From: Pseudovirgaria hyperparasitica
Taxonomy: Eukaryota
NCBI GenBank assembly: GCA_010093815.1
Contig: ML996579.1
Reading direction: 5' to 3' (one strand)
DNA: 64,000 nucleotides
Shown: in pieces, positions 13,625-25,903 of the stretch
How positions within the stretch are numbered: position 1 is the first letter of the stretch
Layout: every line of letters starts with the position of its first letter
The notes under the pieces: model-generated
What the model saw: the letters and a program-made list of their open reading frames with translations, nothing else
The model's database searches: none
Told to the model about the DNA's origin: nothing
Position numbers and translations under genes: made by a program

Positions 13625-13856
13625 GCAAGCTATTGGAGAACAGACAGACATTCATACAAGCGAGGAGTTGGGAGTCTTGTACTTGGGTTGTACTTTTGAG
13701 GACTGTACTTGCAGGCGCGCAATCCGTTGGATTGTGTGATCTGGCTTTTCGGGTATCGAGCCGAACTTGATGAATATTTTTATCTAGCTGCTCCTAAACT
13801 GTACAAAGTGATGTAGCGTAGTCTACAAAGGGAACGCAAAAAATCGAACTGTACAA

Positions 13857-15477
13857 CTATTGTCCTGGTGACACCAGTAGACCTTTCTTGCCCGCATCGT
13901 GTGTCCAACCACCAGCAAGCGCCTCGCCTCCAGCTTTTTGCGCATTGCCCTTGATTCTAGCTTCAAGTTCCGGTCTGAAGTGCCTGATCAGGCCCTGCAG
14001 GGGCCATGCGAAAGCCTCACCCAAGGCGCAAATTGTGTGTCCTTCTACCTGCTTTGTAAGCTCCTGCAACATATCAATCTCGCGCTCCCTGCCCTCGCCC
14101 TTCTCGAAGCGTTTCATAATTTGGTCGGTCCACTTTGAACCTTCACGGCAGGGCGTACATTGTCCACAAGACTCGTGGTGGTAGAACTTGGCCAATCTAC
14201 TAATAGCACGAACGACATCGGTCGACTTATCCATGACGATGACAGCAGCAGTACCGAGACCAGACTGCGAATCCTTCAAAGCATCGAAATCCATCAGTTG
14301 CTCAGTGCACGTTGCAGCCGGGAGGATGGGTGTTGATGAACCACCAGGAATGACAGCTAGGAGATTGTCCCAGCCACCTCGTACACCACCGCAATGTTTT
14401 TCGAGTAGCTCCTTGAGCGGAATACTCATCTCCTCTTCGACTGTACATGGGTTGTTGACGTGGCCAGAGATGCAAAAGAGCTTGGTTCCAGAGTTTCTTT
14501 CGCGTCCAAAGCTGCTGAACCAGCTGCCTCCACGGCGACAAATCGTAGGTGCGACAGCAATAGTTTCAACATTAGCGACCGTAGAGGGACAGCCAAAAAG
14601 ACCGACGGCAGCTGGGAATGGTGGCTTGAGACGGGGCTTGCCGGGCTTTCCTTCAAGTGACTCGATGAGGGACGTTTCCTCACCGCATACGTAGGCGCCC
14701 ATTCCACGGTGGAGGTAGACGTCGAAGTCATAGCCAGAGCCGCATGCATTCTTTCCGATCAGACCGGCCTGATATGCCTCTTGAATTGCTCTTTGCAAGA
14801 CTGTCGCTTCGTGATAAAATTCACCACGGATGTAAATATATGCTGCTGTACAGTTCATTGCTCGTCCAGCAACGAGACAGCCCTCGATTAGCTTGTGTGG
14901 GTCTTTTCGCATGATCTCGCGGTCCTTGCAGGTTCCAGGCTCACCCTCGTCAGCATTCACGACGAGGTACCGGGGCTTATTGTCCTTGTCCCAATCTTTG
15001 AAATTCATGAACGACTGTCCATATCAGCAGCTGCCCGGAACGAGTTTAAGTGTTCCATACCCATTTCATGCCCGACGGAAATCCAGCACCACCGCGGCCA
15101 CGAAGGCCAGATGCCTTGATTTCGGAGATGATCTATCCTCTTAATCAGTACATGATCCATCAGATTCGCGTTGTAGAGTATAATACCCAGTCATGGCCCT
15201 TCAAAATGATCTCTTTAGTCTTGTACCAGTCTCCATACTTCATAGCACTCTTGAGATCAGCACCATGGTGACCATACAGATTGGTGAATATCCTGTCCTG
15301 ATCCCTCAAGCCGCCATGTGTCTTCTTTGGTGTGCCTTCTTGTACTGTGGCGAAGCCTCTTTGCTGTCGGGTCGAAGGAGTCTGTGAGGACGCTCGCGAT
15401 GCGGTAGCGGCGCACGGTAGGACGCGCTGCGATACAGCAGTGAGGGCCTGCTTTGAGGGTGCGTGGCGTGCGATCAT
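13857..15477 (-). CDS. nuo51: NADH:ubiquinone oxidoreductase 51-kDa flavoprotein subunit (NDUFV1/NuoF)
   Basis: ATG 15477 with a presequence-like N-terminus; introns 15186..15133 and 15060..15015. [35 protein letters not shown] and the Fe-S motif [12 protein letters not shown]...HTIC. Confidence 0.97.
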
Positions 15478-16998
15478 CGTAGCTGGTATCAATTGACTCT
15501 GTCTAGGAGATGTCGGCCAGCAGATTCGCCTCAAACCAGGTGTGATACAGCCGATTCGGATGAGGTCGTGAATGGAAGACGTCGACGATTTGCGCTAATG
15601 CTGATTACATGCCACCGAAATCTGGGAGCATTGATTGGCTGTAAGCTAGCATCCATTAGGGATCTCCGAAATCTGGCCGCTCTGGAAAATGCTATCATCA
15701 TCACACTCACTCAGCGTCGCACAAAAAAGAACATAGTCATTTAAGACTGGTCCTATTGTCATTGTCAGACTTGACTTATGCACTTTCCGTCATACAAATA
15801 GGGAGTCTCGCAGATATTGGCTCTTTTCATACGAAAGCATACTACTAATTATCATTACTTGACTACGATGATGAGACTCATCGCTCACAGAGTTTACATT
15901 AGGAAGGTAATAGAGCACACGTAGTATTGTCATTATCTTCCATGGTTTTCTGCACAGTAGTTACTTCAGTGTTTCGAGAATAAAAGTAAGTCTTGGTTGG
16001 CTCCGTGTGTTGAGAAAGCAAGTCATAAATTGACATACACAACTGAGGCTACACGGCACTTCTACGATGGGCCAAGAATACCGGGTATAGAGCCATTTAA
16101 TATGTCCGCTATATAGCTAGAGAACCAGGTATGTAAGTAAGGCGGCTGATTCGTCCTCACTACACTCTTATATAGAGCTGCGTACGGATTCCCACGGGCC
16201 AGAGCACCTCTGATGCAGGGCCCGAAGCCAGTCTCGCTATTATGGTATGCTGCTCTAAACCAAATCAAATGACCCGATGACCGCGACCTTGTGAAGAAGA
16301 CAGAGATTCCATTATTGTTCGTTCTTCCGATTGATCGGTGTTCATCTTTTTCATAAACAAGAACATTTACATAAACATGACGATGGGGATGTTTACACAG
16401 AAGACTAAAGACCGTGGCCTCAAGAGTCGGGTGAGATTCCACACAGGTCCATCGTTATTGCCCTGTTGTGGTTTTACTGCCTGATCTGCCAGGGTGCGCC
16501 GTCTGAGGTCCTGTACTTTCTCTCAGTGGGATTCATATTGTCAATTTCTTGAACCGAGTGAACCCACAACTTGCGTCGAGGTATGAGCGTATCAGTTATC
16601 CATCAATGCACGAAGACAAATTTACAGGCGCCTCAGAACAACTGACGATGATTCTGTGGGCAATAGGTCTCTACTGTCCGACTCCTAAGGAGCTAGGTAG
16701 GACCATCACTTGCTATACGTATACTCTTTTGGTTTTCGGGTGCCCTATCGTAAAAGAACCACTTTTCACAGCGCTGTCGAGCAGATCTATGATTATGTAT
16801 CATAATTCAAGAACTCAGACCTACAGGCCTAGTCAGCACGCACTATGATGATAGCGTCATCGCGGGGCCACCGGTAGAACGCCTTACATAATTAGCACTG
16901 CCTGAGCTGATCTGGAAAAGGCATTCAAGGCCCGACATATCAACGGAAAGCAAGTAATACTTTGATCCAGCGACGAGGTTACAATATTCGCCAGTGCA

Positions 16999-17946
16999 AT
17001 GGGCCCATCAGTCATTTACGGCAGAGACCAACTGGACCGCTATTTCAAGCGCATAAATTTACCGGAACGTCATCAGCACACATCAATCGCGTCTCTCACG
17101 GAAGCAGAACAATTACGATACCTATCGCTGCTCCAGCGCTACAACTTAGTAGCCATACCTTTCGAGAATCTTTCACTCCACTACAGCCAAGCGGGTACAG
17201 TGACACTGCATCCCGATGCCTTGTACCACAAAATTGTCGACGATCCTGGTCGTGGAGGATACTGTATGGAAATTAACCGCCTCTTTGGCACTGTCCTTCT
17301 TTCTCTCGGCTTTCAACTCTATTCCGCCGGTGCACGCGTAAAAACAAGTGGACCCGCGTGGACTGGCTTTTCGCATATGTGCAACATCGTGACGATCGGA
17401 CAACGAAAGTATATGGTAGACGTTGGCTTTGGTCCTAATTCTGCGATTCAGCCACTCGAGCTTGTCAAAGACGATCCACCGGTGGTTTCAAACATCGGTC
17501 CTGCATCAACGAGATTGATATGGACAGAACTTGAGGAACATACGGATCCAGATCAACGGGCTTGGGTGTATCAGTTTAGGACAAATGATGACGCCGAGTG
17601 GCGCGATTGGTACTCGTTTCCGGAAGTTGAGTTCTTCCCCGCCGATTATGAGGTTATGAATCTTTCCACAAGCACGAGCCGAAGGATTTGGTTCACTAGG
17701 GAGGTTATTTGTGTCAGCAAGGAAATGAGTGAGGGTTCGGATGATGCTTTAGTAGGCGAGGTCGTATTGTGGAACGGTTTGCTAAAACGAAGTAGAGGGG
17801 GCAAAAATGTAGAAATTATCGAGCTAACGAGCGAGGAAGACCGTATAGAAGCACTGGAGAGGTATTTCAAGATTACGCTCAGCCGTGATGAGAAAGATGC
17901 GATCAAGGGGCTAGCGACTGCACTCAAGGGCCGAGAGACTGGATAG
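16999..17946 (+). CDS. Arylamine N-acetyltransferase
   Basis: Intronless. IPFENL, RGGYC (catalytic Cys), FSHM (His) and VDVGFG (Asp) form the NAT triad. Confidence 0.93.
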   Translation: MGPSVIYGRDQLDRYFKRINLPERHQHTSIASLTEAEQLRYLSLLQRYNLVAIPFENLSLHYSQAGTVTLHPDALYHKIVDDPGRGGYCMEINRLFGTVLLSLGFQLYSAGARVKTSGPAWTGFSHMCNIVTIGQRKYMVDVGFGPNSAIQPLELVKDDPPVVSNIGPASTRLIWTELEEHTDPDQRAWVYQFRTNDDAEWRDWYSFPEVEFFPADYEVMNLSTSTSRRIWFTREVICVSKEMSEGSDDALVGEVVLWNGLLKRSRGGKNVEIIELTSEEDRIEALERYFKITLSRDEKDAIKGLATALKGRETG

Positions 17947-19223
17947 CTTTTCAGGCCGACGGAACCATTGCATAGGGATATTCGAGTGTACACAGCGCAA
18001 TTGAGTATATGAGGGTCATTCTTAGCCCCACCGTCTTTGGAAAAGCGCTTTCTTCGTCTTGATATATACAGTGATAATCTAGTAGATCCTGCGTTCCAAC
18101 TGCGTCATGTTAGCCTCTGGACTTGATAGATGCTCTCATGTCATACCTTCCATGGATTGTTCAATTCAAAGCCATCTGGCGCATGGGGTTTGTCCGTCTG
18201 TCCTCGCATAAAGCCTGTCAATCTTTTGTCGCGTTCCATCACTGCGGACCGGTCAGCACTCGGGTCGGACTATCACATTGGTACTTTAGGTTTGAGAACG
18301 TCGTACTTTGCTACATTCTGGTTAGTATCACTGCCAGTCTCTATAGAGATTATGCCTTACCCTGTCCCATTGATCAAGAGTGCGCCTGGGTCTTTTTCCT
18401 CCATTTTGTGTGTATCTCAACCAGTTGAGTCCAGCACCGGTGATACCGAACATCTGTAGAATGTCAGTCGAATGATTAATTCTCGTAATATCCGAGGCGA
18501 AATCGTACGCCAACGATGATTCCATAGGGAATAAGGGCTTCGAAGGGAACCGGCATGGTGTAGACAGAAAGGTTGTCTACCTATTAGTAGTATAGTTGAC
18601 GTGCGACTTTAGTTTCGACGTCAAGCTTGAAGCTGCTGAGGTCGACAAGTGCAGCTAACGATGACTAACTTGTGGCCTCAAAATTCAGGCTTGAACGCCG
18701 CGCGCCAAACAGGCCAGGACGACCACATGCGGAGAAGCGACCAAGGAGGTCGAGCACGATAACTTTGGTCAATTGTTCACGACCACCCACCACTTCCGAC
18801 ACCTTATCAAGCCGTTTTCTCCTATCGCAAACATCTCCGCTACGATATATATTACAAGTCTGGACAAAAGTGCCTCACCAGCAGGACATCCACAGAGCTG
18901 AGCTGAACGTTTAACCTGACCTCAGAGACCGCTTTCCATCGAAGGCCCATCGCATGCACGTCGATCACGACTCAATCTCGGGTCTAGACACCACTGAACA
19001 TCGTAAACACCCCATACGTACCGAAATCGCGTCCAGTCCCTTCCCACAACTACATAAATCGCGTTCTGCTACGAAGAACGCGCTGTGCCAGATACTTCAT
19101 GAATGCGAGAGCTGGGCGCACCAGCAAAGTCGTAAGGGCGATAAGCATAACAATACAGTCTGAATACGCGTGAGGCTGGAGTTCTTAACGTCCAAGCTTG
19201 CTTCGGTGGTAGGCTATGCCTCG

Positions 19224-22200
19224 ATGGCCACCGAGGTTAGGAGCGCGGTGAACATTGGTGTGGGACCTATGGAGATGGACATCAGTGATCAAGATGGAGA
19301 GTTTGAAGAGGACTACGAGACACCACAAGCACATCCAGCAACCCCTGGAGATACACAGTCGCGCGACGGACAACAAGAGGTCGATGTCGATGCGGAGGGT
19401 GAAAGTGAAGATGCCGAGGGTGAAAGTGAAGATGCCGAGGGAGAAGATGAGGACGATGGTGAAGCTCCCGGCGCTGTGAAGATACGCGATCGTATCCTTG
19501 GGGAGTCAGATTCTGGTGACGAGGACGAAAATAATCACGCGGCCTTTGATTCCGACCCAGAGAGCAAGAGCGCGGGAAGTGGGGACGACTCTGGAGCTGA
19601 TTCTGAAACGGCAGAATCCGAAGCTGAAGAAGAATGGGATGCGCATAGCGAGTCTACAAAAGATGCACAGGAAGGCGATCCCGATGTAAAGTTCTGCATG
19701 TATGTGGAGTAAACCGTAAGGACCTGACGATCCCGTGCTAATGTCAACAGACACTGTAGACAAAGTGAGGAAGATGATCCAGCAGAAGAGTTTGAAGAAC
19801 CGCTATCTTGTGCAGTGTGTGGTGACATAGGTAAGTTTTGTATTTCCAAGCATATCATAACGAATTTAGTGGTTCTGGATATAGGGCTGACATTCACATT
19901 CCCACAGCCCACCGGCAATGCGCCCGAGACGCTAATTATTTTAGTGGAGACGAGGGTATGTCAACACGTCCTAATCATCCACCAGTGCTTCGACTAAGTG
20001 ATCAATCAGATCCAGAATCATGGCGCTGTTTGAGCTGTGTCGAAGACAACGCCAACCCGAGAGATGAGTCAATCGAGCAAGAGACTCCGAAGCTGTTACG
20101 AGATCTAGGGGCCGCCGCCGGAAGAGGAGACTTGGATCCGCCCCCTCCGTCTATCTTTAAGGAACTCATCCTTGCCGATGATCCGCTGGACGGCTCGCGA
20201 TCATTGCGAAAAAGAAAGACGACGCCGGATGAGGATGAGGATGACAGCGCTCCAGCCACTAGAACAACCCGAAAACGCCGGAGAACGTCCACTGTAGCAT
20301 CAGGCTCTGCCAGGCAAGCGTCAGCTCCGACTACGCCAAGGACTCGGTCTGGTGCTACCGCTGCAGACGAGGTATCAGATCAAAATGACGGCACCTCGCC
20401 TAGGACTAGGTCGACCCGACCAAGGCGATCCATATCAAACAAGCACAAACCTGGAGCTTCCATCATTTCTGTTGAGGGTATGGCTATGGTTGTTTGCATT
20501 CGTGTCGCAGACAAAGACCGACTCGCAAAGATTCTTGCTGCGCGTCCTAGGAAAAAGAAGCTACGAACTGATCGGCCACCAAAGGCACAACCGGCATATA
20601 TTGAACCTGAAATCTCTCACTATCCCGCCATTGACACTAACTACCAACCATTCATCCCATACGGAGAGCGCGAAGATGACCCCTCGAAAACCAAACCTTA
20701 CGGGGGCATCTTGAACGAAATAGAAGCAGACACCTCAAAGACCTTCCCAGTATCAGTTGACAGGAGGCGCTTTGAGGATGCGCGACTCAAAGCTGAGGAG
20801 GATTGGAAACGCAAGATTGCAGCTGCAGCCGCAGCAGGGCCACCAGAGCCTGTTCGTCCTGTCAACAAGATGTCTGGTCCTCCAAGCAAGATCAAATGCA
20901 TTAATTTCGGTGGCTACGAGATTGATACATGGCATGCTGCGCCTTATCCCGAAGAGTACAGCCGCAATAAAGTACTCTACATTTGCGAGTTCTGTCTCAA
21001 GTACATGAACTCCGACTACGTAGCCTGGAGGCACAAATTGAAGTGCGCAGCAAAGCATCCACCCGGAGACGAAATTTATCGTGATGGCAAGTTTTCCTTT
21101 TTTGAGGTCGATGGTCGTAAGAATCCAGTCTACTGTCAAAATCTCTGCCTGCTTGCCAAACTCTTCCTCGGATCAAAGACGCTCTATTATGACGTAGAGC
21201 CTTTCCTGTTCTATATCATGACGGAAAATGATGAGTTTGGATGCCATTTCGTAGGCTATTTCTCGAAAGAGAAACGACCAAGCTCATTGAATAACGTCTC
21301 ATGTATCCTTGTTCTGCCGATACACCAGCGCAAGGGTTTCGGTCACATGTTGATCGAATTCTCGTATCTCCTTACGAGGCAAGAGAAGAAGACAGGCAGT
21401 CCCGAAAAACCACTCAGCGACATGGGTCTTGTCAGTTATAGGAGCTATTGGCGACTCATCATGTGTTACCAGCTTCGAGAACTAGAAGGCGCTGTCAGTA
21501 TCACACAGTTGTCGGAGCGTACTGGTATGACAGGTGACGATATCGTGTCTGCACTGGAAGGTCTGCGTGCGCTGGTGAGAGATCCAATCACGAAGACTTA
21601 CGCTTTCCGTCTTGATCTCGGCTATTTCGATCAATTTATCAAGAAATTTGAGAGCAAGAATTGGCCCAAGATTGAGCCAAAATCTCTAATCTGGACGCCT
21701 TTCGAGATTGGCCGTGGAAACCTCTCTCACTACGACGATGGTCCACAACTTCACACCGTCGCACCCCGCGAAGAAGAAACCAATGAAGACGCCGTCGCCG
21801 AAGAAGGCGTTCAAATGGAAGAAGCTGTCGCCACAAGTCAAGACCCAGCTGAACTTTGCAACAGCGATACCGCTATTCCTGACGTCGCACCGCCCGCTCA
21901 AACTACCACTATAAACCATCATCCTCCAATAGTCCCCTCCACCCCTCTCTCAAATGGCATCCCGCACACGCCTATCCCTGGCCCCTCAATGTCCACCCCT
22001 TCATTCCCCTCGACTCACATTCCCCCCAACCGCTACGAGGTCTTCCCTCCAATTCCCGGCATGCCAGCAACAAAACGCCGCCCGGGTCGTCCGTTCGGCT
22101 CGCGCCGCCGTCCACAGACTCCGCTCCGCCGCAACCACACCGCGCCCAGCGGCGGGAAGAACTTGCAGCTGCTCGCACGGTCGCACTCAGGCAAATCCAG

Positions 22201-22489
22201 TCCTATCGGCAATCCCATCGGGCTAGGAATCAACGGGAGCACGGTGCGCAGGACGAGGAGTAAATTGGGCGAATTGGTGAACGGGAACGGGACGAATGTA
22301 GATGAGGTTGCAGGCAGTGGGAGTCCGCGCAAGAGTTTACGCAGGTTGAAGGAATTGGCTAAGAGCGAAATGGGCGGCGGGGAAAGTAATGGTGGTGATG
22401 ATGACGACGCCGAGGCTGAAGACGATGGCGAAGGCGATGAGGATGCGGAGGGTGAAGAGGAGATGCATGACGAAGCCATGGCTGATTGA
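19224..22489 (+). CDS. SAS3: MYST-family histone acetyltransferase (Sas3/Mst2-like) with N-terminal PHD finger
   Basis: MYST core WHAAPYPEEY, CEFCLKY...HKLKC, QNLCLLAKLFL, QRKGFG and GSPEKPLSDMG. Introns 19700..19750, 19831..19907 and 19956..20009 assemble a C4HC3 PHD. The start could be 19224 or 19269. Confidence 0.92.
19389..19451 (+). repeat. 21-bp coding tandem repeat (DAEGESE x2, then DAEGEDE) in the HAT acidic N-terminus
   Basis: gatgcggagggtgaaagtgaa / gatgccgagggtgaaagtgaa / gatgccgagggagaagatgag. Confidence 0.85.
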
Positions 22490-23395
22490 TGCACAGCAGG
22501 AGTTGTCGCCTCGTTTATATGGATCATAATTTATACCTGCCCGCCCGTAGAAAATGGGATGCGCTGGTTCGACTAGAATCGAATCGAATCGAATAATCAA
22601 ACTAAGCAATGGAGAGGGCTTTGTCTGTATAATTACGCATCTAGAACATACTGTACTATCACCCTTCGGAGGAAGGAACGTACGAACGAACGAAGAAGGG
22701 AATGAAAATAAAAGCGTTCGCATATATGCCATTCTTGCTCTGTCTGCATACACAAACTGGCCGCCATTGAGGCATGAAGGCTGTTCTATATTAAGTTGTC
22801 GCTTCTCCTGACCTGCTCTATTCAGTAGGTGCGGGCTGGATGTATCCTTCACAAGAGAGGTAGTGCTAGAATCAAGATGTGAAGATATTACCTGATACGA
22901 TTTAAGTTTAGGGTTCAAGTTAGGATCATTGGACCTTGTTCTAGTGTAGGTCTGTTGGTTGTTTAGTTGTCAAGCAGAGCAATGTCCTCGGCCAGGCTAG
23001 AGAATGGAAGGGTAGAAGAAGACGCGTGTAAAATATGACTGTATGGATACAGTCTAGTGTGGTAAGTGAACAGCGACTTCCAGACATGCATTCTTTGAGT
23101 ACAGATTAGCGCGCTTTCGTGATGTAGATATATAATATACACAAAAGACGTCGATGCAGTGATGCAGTGATGCCCGTCTGTCTATTCCTCCATCTACTCA
23201 TTCATACGCCCAAACCAACTCCGTGCCCCCTTTGCTTTTATCCTTTCCCCAGCCTGATCCGCAGAAAATGCTCAAGCGCTAAAACACTGACATTTACGTG
23301 GGGAAACCCCGCCCCCCAAAAATAAAACCCCCAGATTTTTCCCCTGCCGGTCCTACATCCCATACATATGATGTCCGACAATAGTCGTCCAGGAC

Positions 23396-25903
23396 TTAAT
23401 TCGCTGCAACAGTCGTGCTGCCGCTCTCCATCGGGTTCGTGCCGTAGATGCTCATGTACGGGTCTAGCAGAATATTTGTGATGCGCTGTACGAGTGCCTT
23501 GACGTTGTCGCGAGTGGTGCGGACAAAGTCCTCGTCGATGCTGGGTTGCAAAGGGCGCGGCGGAGGCGGCATCGAGGACGAAGATGCTGCCGAGGAACTT
23601 CCGTGAGAGCCCAGCGGTGTGGGAGAGAATGCAGAGAGCGAAGAGGGTGTGGAGGGCGGTGGGTTATTCGAGATGCCTGCAAGGGGCGGCGCGTCGAACA
23701 AGGTTGCTGAGTCTGCGAGAGAGTTAATTGCGGCTGGTCGGGGGAGATGGGAGGGGAAATCGAGACAGGAAGAGTTACCAAACATCCTCGCCCCAGGGCT
23801 CCTGTGGTCGCTGCTGTTGCCGCTGCCAGTGCCAGTACTGCTGCCCATGCCGCTTGGCCGGCGCTCGTCGCCGCGCAGCCAGTAGCTGTTCGATATCACT
23901 TTAAGCTCCTGGAAGATTGGTGTGACGATGTTCAGACACTTTTGGGCTACGGGCCCGGAGGAGGCGCACCATGCGAGGAGCTTGATGAAATTTTCAGCAT
24001 AACCTAGGTCTTGCTCGAAGCCGCCAAAGGGCTCATAGAGGAGCTTTTGGGAAGCGGAGAAGAGGAGGATAGAGCAAGCGGAGAAGGATTGGAAAATTGC
24101 TACCCAGCAGCGCTTAGGCATTGTGTTGTCTACGCGTAGGAGATTGGCGATTCGAGCGGCTTGCTGGGCGGCGAGGAAGCAGTAGTCTTGGTATACACGA
24201 CACTCTTCTCGACTTCCGTCAAGATCCCAGATTCCTGCTAGACGTGACCGGGCTATGGCGATGAGCAGTGGCCGGTGCAAGATACTTACGGCGCCCAGGC
24301 ACATGATATGCACTAGGAGAACACTTCTCTTCTGAAAGTGGCTAAAGATCTCAGATTGCTCGCTATTGAGTGTTGCAATACGCATGATGGCTGGCAACTG
24401 ACGGTACCACATTTCGAGCTTTTCCATATGCGCGCGGATTTCATGAACGTTCGGTACGTCGTGCGACTTTACATCAACGGCAATACGCACACAGAGAAGG
24501 CCAATGCGGTTGACTTGGTCCTGAATCATGTCTTCGAGGGACGAATCTGAGCCGAAGATCTCGTCACAGCCGGTCTCGACATCTTTGTCCGAGAGACGTA
24601 ACTGATAGCCCAGCCCGTAGTGTAACCAGGACTCCATGAACACGATACTACGGAACACTTTGCGCCAGTCATTCTCCTCTGCGGGATGTGCCTTCTGTGT
24701 ATTCCAAAGCTCCTGTAATTCAAGGCGGCCTATGAGTAGCGCAGCTTCGCTAAGCATGCGGCTTCGATGCGGTTGTTCAAGAGTGCTGTAGAATGCGAGA
24801 GCAAGGAAAAGACGCATTGCACGGAGATTCCTACGGTCCGGGCATGTGCGCAGGATCTGCAGGCATGATTGAATGTATTCGATGTGTAAGGATTCAGGAA
24901 AGCAATCGGCATCGCAGCAACTACCAATGGCAGCAATAGTAAAGAGGTCCATGAGAGTCCAAGAGTCTGGCTGGGCGTTGAGTCCGAAGGCAGCTTCGAT
25001 GAGGGCAAACGCCTCTTCGCGGTCCCAAAGATAGAAGCGTTGTCCTGTTCCGTTGAAGAATGCAGAGACGGCGAGCATAGTCGTTTCTTTCTGTGGAAAT
25101 TGGCCTTCAGGCTGGCTTGTTGTGTCCAAGGTTTCGCGTAGGTTTCCAATGGATTCATCTACTGCAATAGAGTGTTCGTCCTCAGCTGTCAGTAGTGAGG
25201 AAGTGTTGATCTCGTGGGTTGCTGAGTATCTTCTCTTGAAACTAGCTGAACTCGTAGAATCGAATCGTTTTTGGGCCCAGTCACTGTGGCGCGATTCATG
25301 GATGCGATCGTACTCCTCTAGATAAACCTGGTATGACTGGTACAATTCCGTTTTACTGTACTCCTTGCTTTTCATTTGATATTCTTCCATAGCCTTGGAA
25401 GCTGGCTTAAGCCAATCCTGCAGTCGCGTATGAATTGATAGACGTGACCAGGTCTGAAATGTTATATGTGCTATCTCGATGAATGACTTTCCTGTATTCT
25501 GTGGCTGTTGGTGGATGTATTCTTGGAAATTTTTGTAGGCAGTACATGGTCTCTTCGGAGCATCTTCATCAGGCCTTGGCTGATGAGCAAAACGGCCTCT
25601 TTTGCTAAGTCCTATAGTCGTTCGCTCGCCAATACCAGTTGCACGGTCCATGGCTAGCTGAGCGATGCTCATACGGCGATTACGTTCCAAAGAGAGACTG
25701 CGAAGCCTGTATGTTTCGATTTCCCGCTGCAGCTTTCGTCGATGACCCAGCTTAAAGCCGAGCTTATGAAAGTCATTCTCGGTGATGTCCAGGACGCCTT
25801 CCCAACTATCAAAGCCATTGCTAACGAGGGCGTCATAATATGCAGTAAGGTTGAGATTGTTCAAGACAGTTCGGAGGTCGGTCCGCGTAATTGGAGAACT
25901 CAT
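23396..25903 (-). CDS. SAM domain + HMG box + fungal transcription factor middle-homology-region protein
   Basis: Intronless 835 aa. SAM-like LNNLNLTAYYDALVSNGFDSWEGVLDITENDFHKLGFKLGHRRKL; HMG-like PDEDAPKRPCTAY...SFIEIAH...W...Y; MHR-like WRKVFRSIVFMESWL...LG, LEMWYRQLP, ILHRPLL and CFLAAQQ. No Zn2Cys6 cluster seen. Confidence 0.8.
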   Translation of the reverse strand: MSSPITRTDLRTVLNNLNLTAYYDALVSNGFDSWEGVLDITENDFHKLGFKLGHRRKLQREIETYRLRSLSLERNRRMSIAQLAMDRATGIGERTTIGLSKRGRFAHQPRPDEDAPKRPCTAYKNFQEYIHQQPQNTGKSFIEIAHITFQTWSRLSIHTRLQDWLKPASKAMEEYQMKSKEYSKTELYQSYQVYLEEYDRIHESRHSDWAQKRFDSTSSASFKRRYSATHEINTSSLLTAEDEHSIAVDESIGNLRETLDTTSQPEGQFPQKETTMLAVSAFFNGTGQRFYLWDREEAFALIEAAFGLNAQPDSWTLMDLFTIAAIGSCCDADCFPESLHIEYIQSCLQILRTCPDRRNLRAMRLFLALAFYSTLEQPHRSRMLSEAALLIGRLELQELWNTQKAHPAEENDWRKVFRSIVFMESWLHYGLGYQLRLSDKDVETGCDEIFGSDSSLEDMIQDQVNRIGLLCVRIAVDVKSHDVPNVHEIRAHMEKLEMWYRQLPAIMRIATLNSEQSEIFSHFQKRSVLLVHIMCLGAVSILHRPLLIAIARSRLAGIWDLDGSREECRVYQDYCFLAAQQAARIANLLRVDNTMPKRCWVAIFQSFSACSILLFSASQKLLYEPFGGFEQDLGYAENFIKLLAWCASSGPVAQKCLNIVTPIFQELKVISNSYWLRGDERRPSGMGSSTGTGSGNSSDHRSPGARMFGNSSCLDFPSHLPRPAAINSLADSATLFDAPPLAGISNNPPPSTPSSLSAFSPTPLGSHGSSSAASSSSMPPPPRPLQPSIDEDFVRTTRDNVKALVQRITNILLDPYMSIYGTNPMESGSTTVAAN

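Noticed and set aside
16062..16848. 126-aa and 99-aa ORFs between nuo51 and the NAT gene
   Set aside because: Non-ATG starts and no motifs; probably intergenic.
16845..16912. Possible C/D-box snoRNA (ATGATGA...CTGA)
   Set aside because: No terminal stem and no recognisable rRNA-complementary guide; the motifs are short enough to be chance.
18954..19163. 69-aa ATG ORF upstream of the HAT (possible uORF)
   Set aside because: It cannot be distinguished from chance without TSS or Ribo-seq data.
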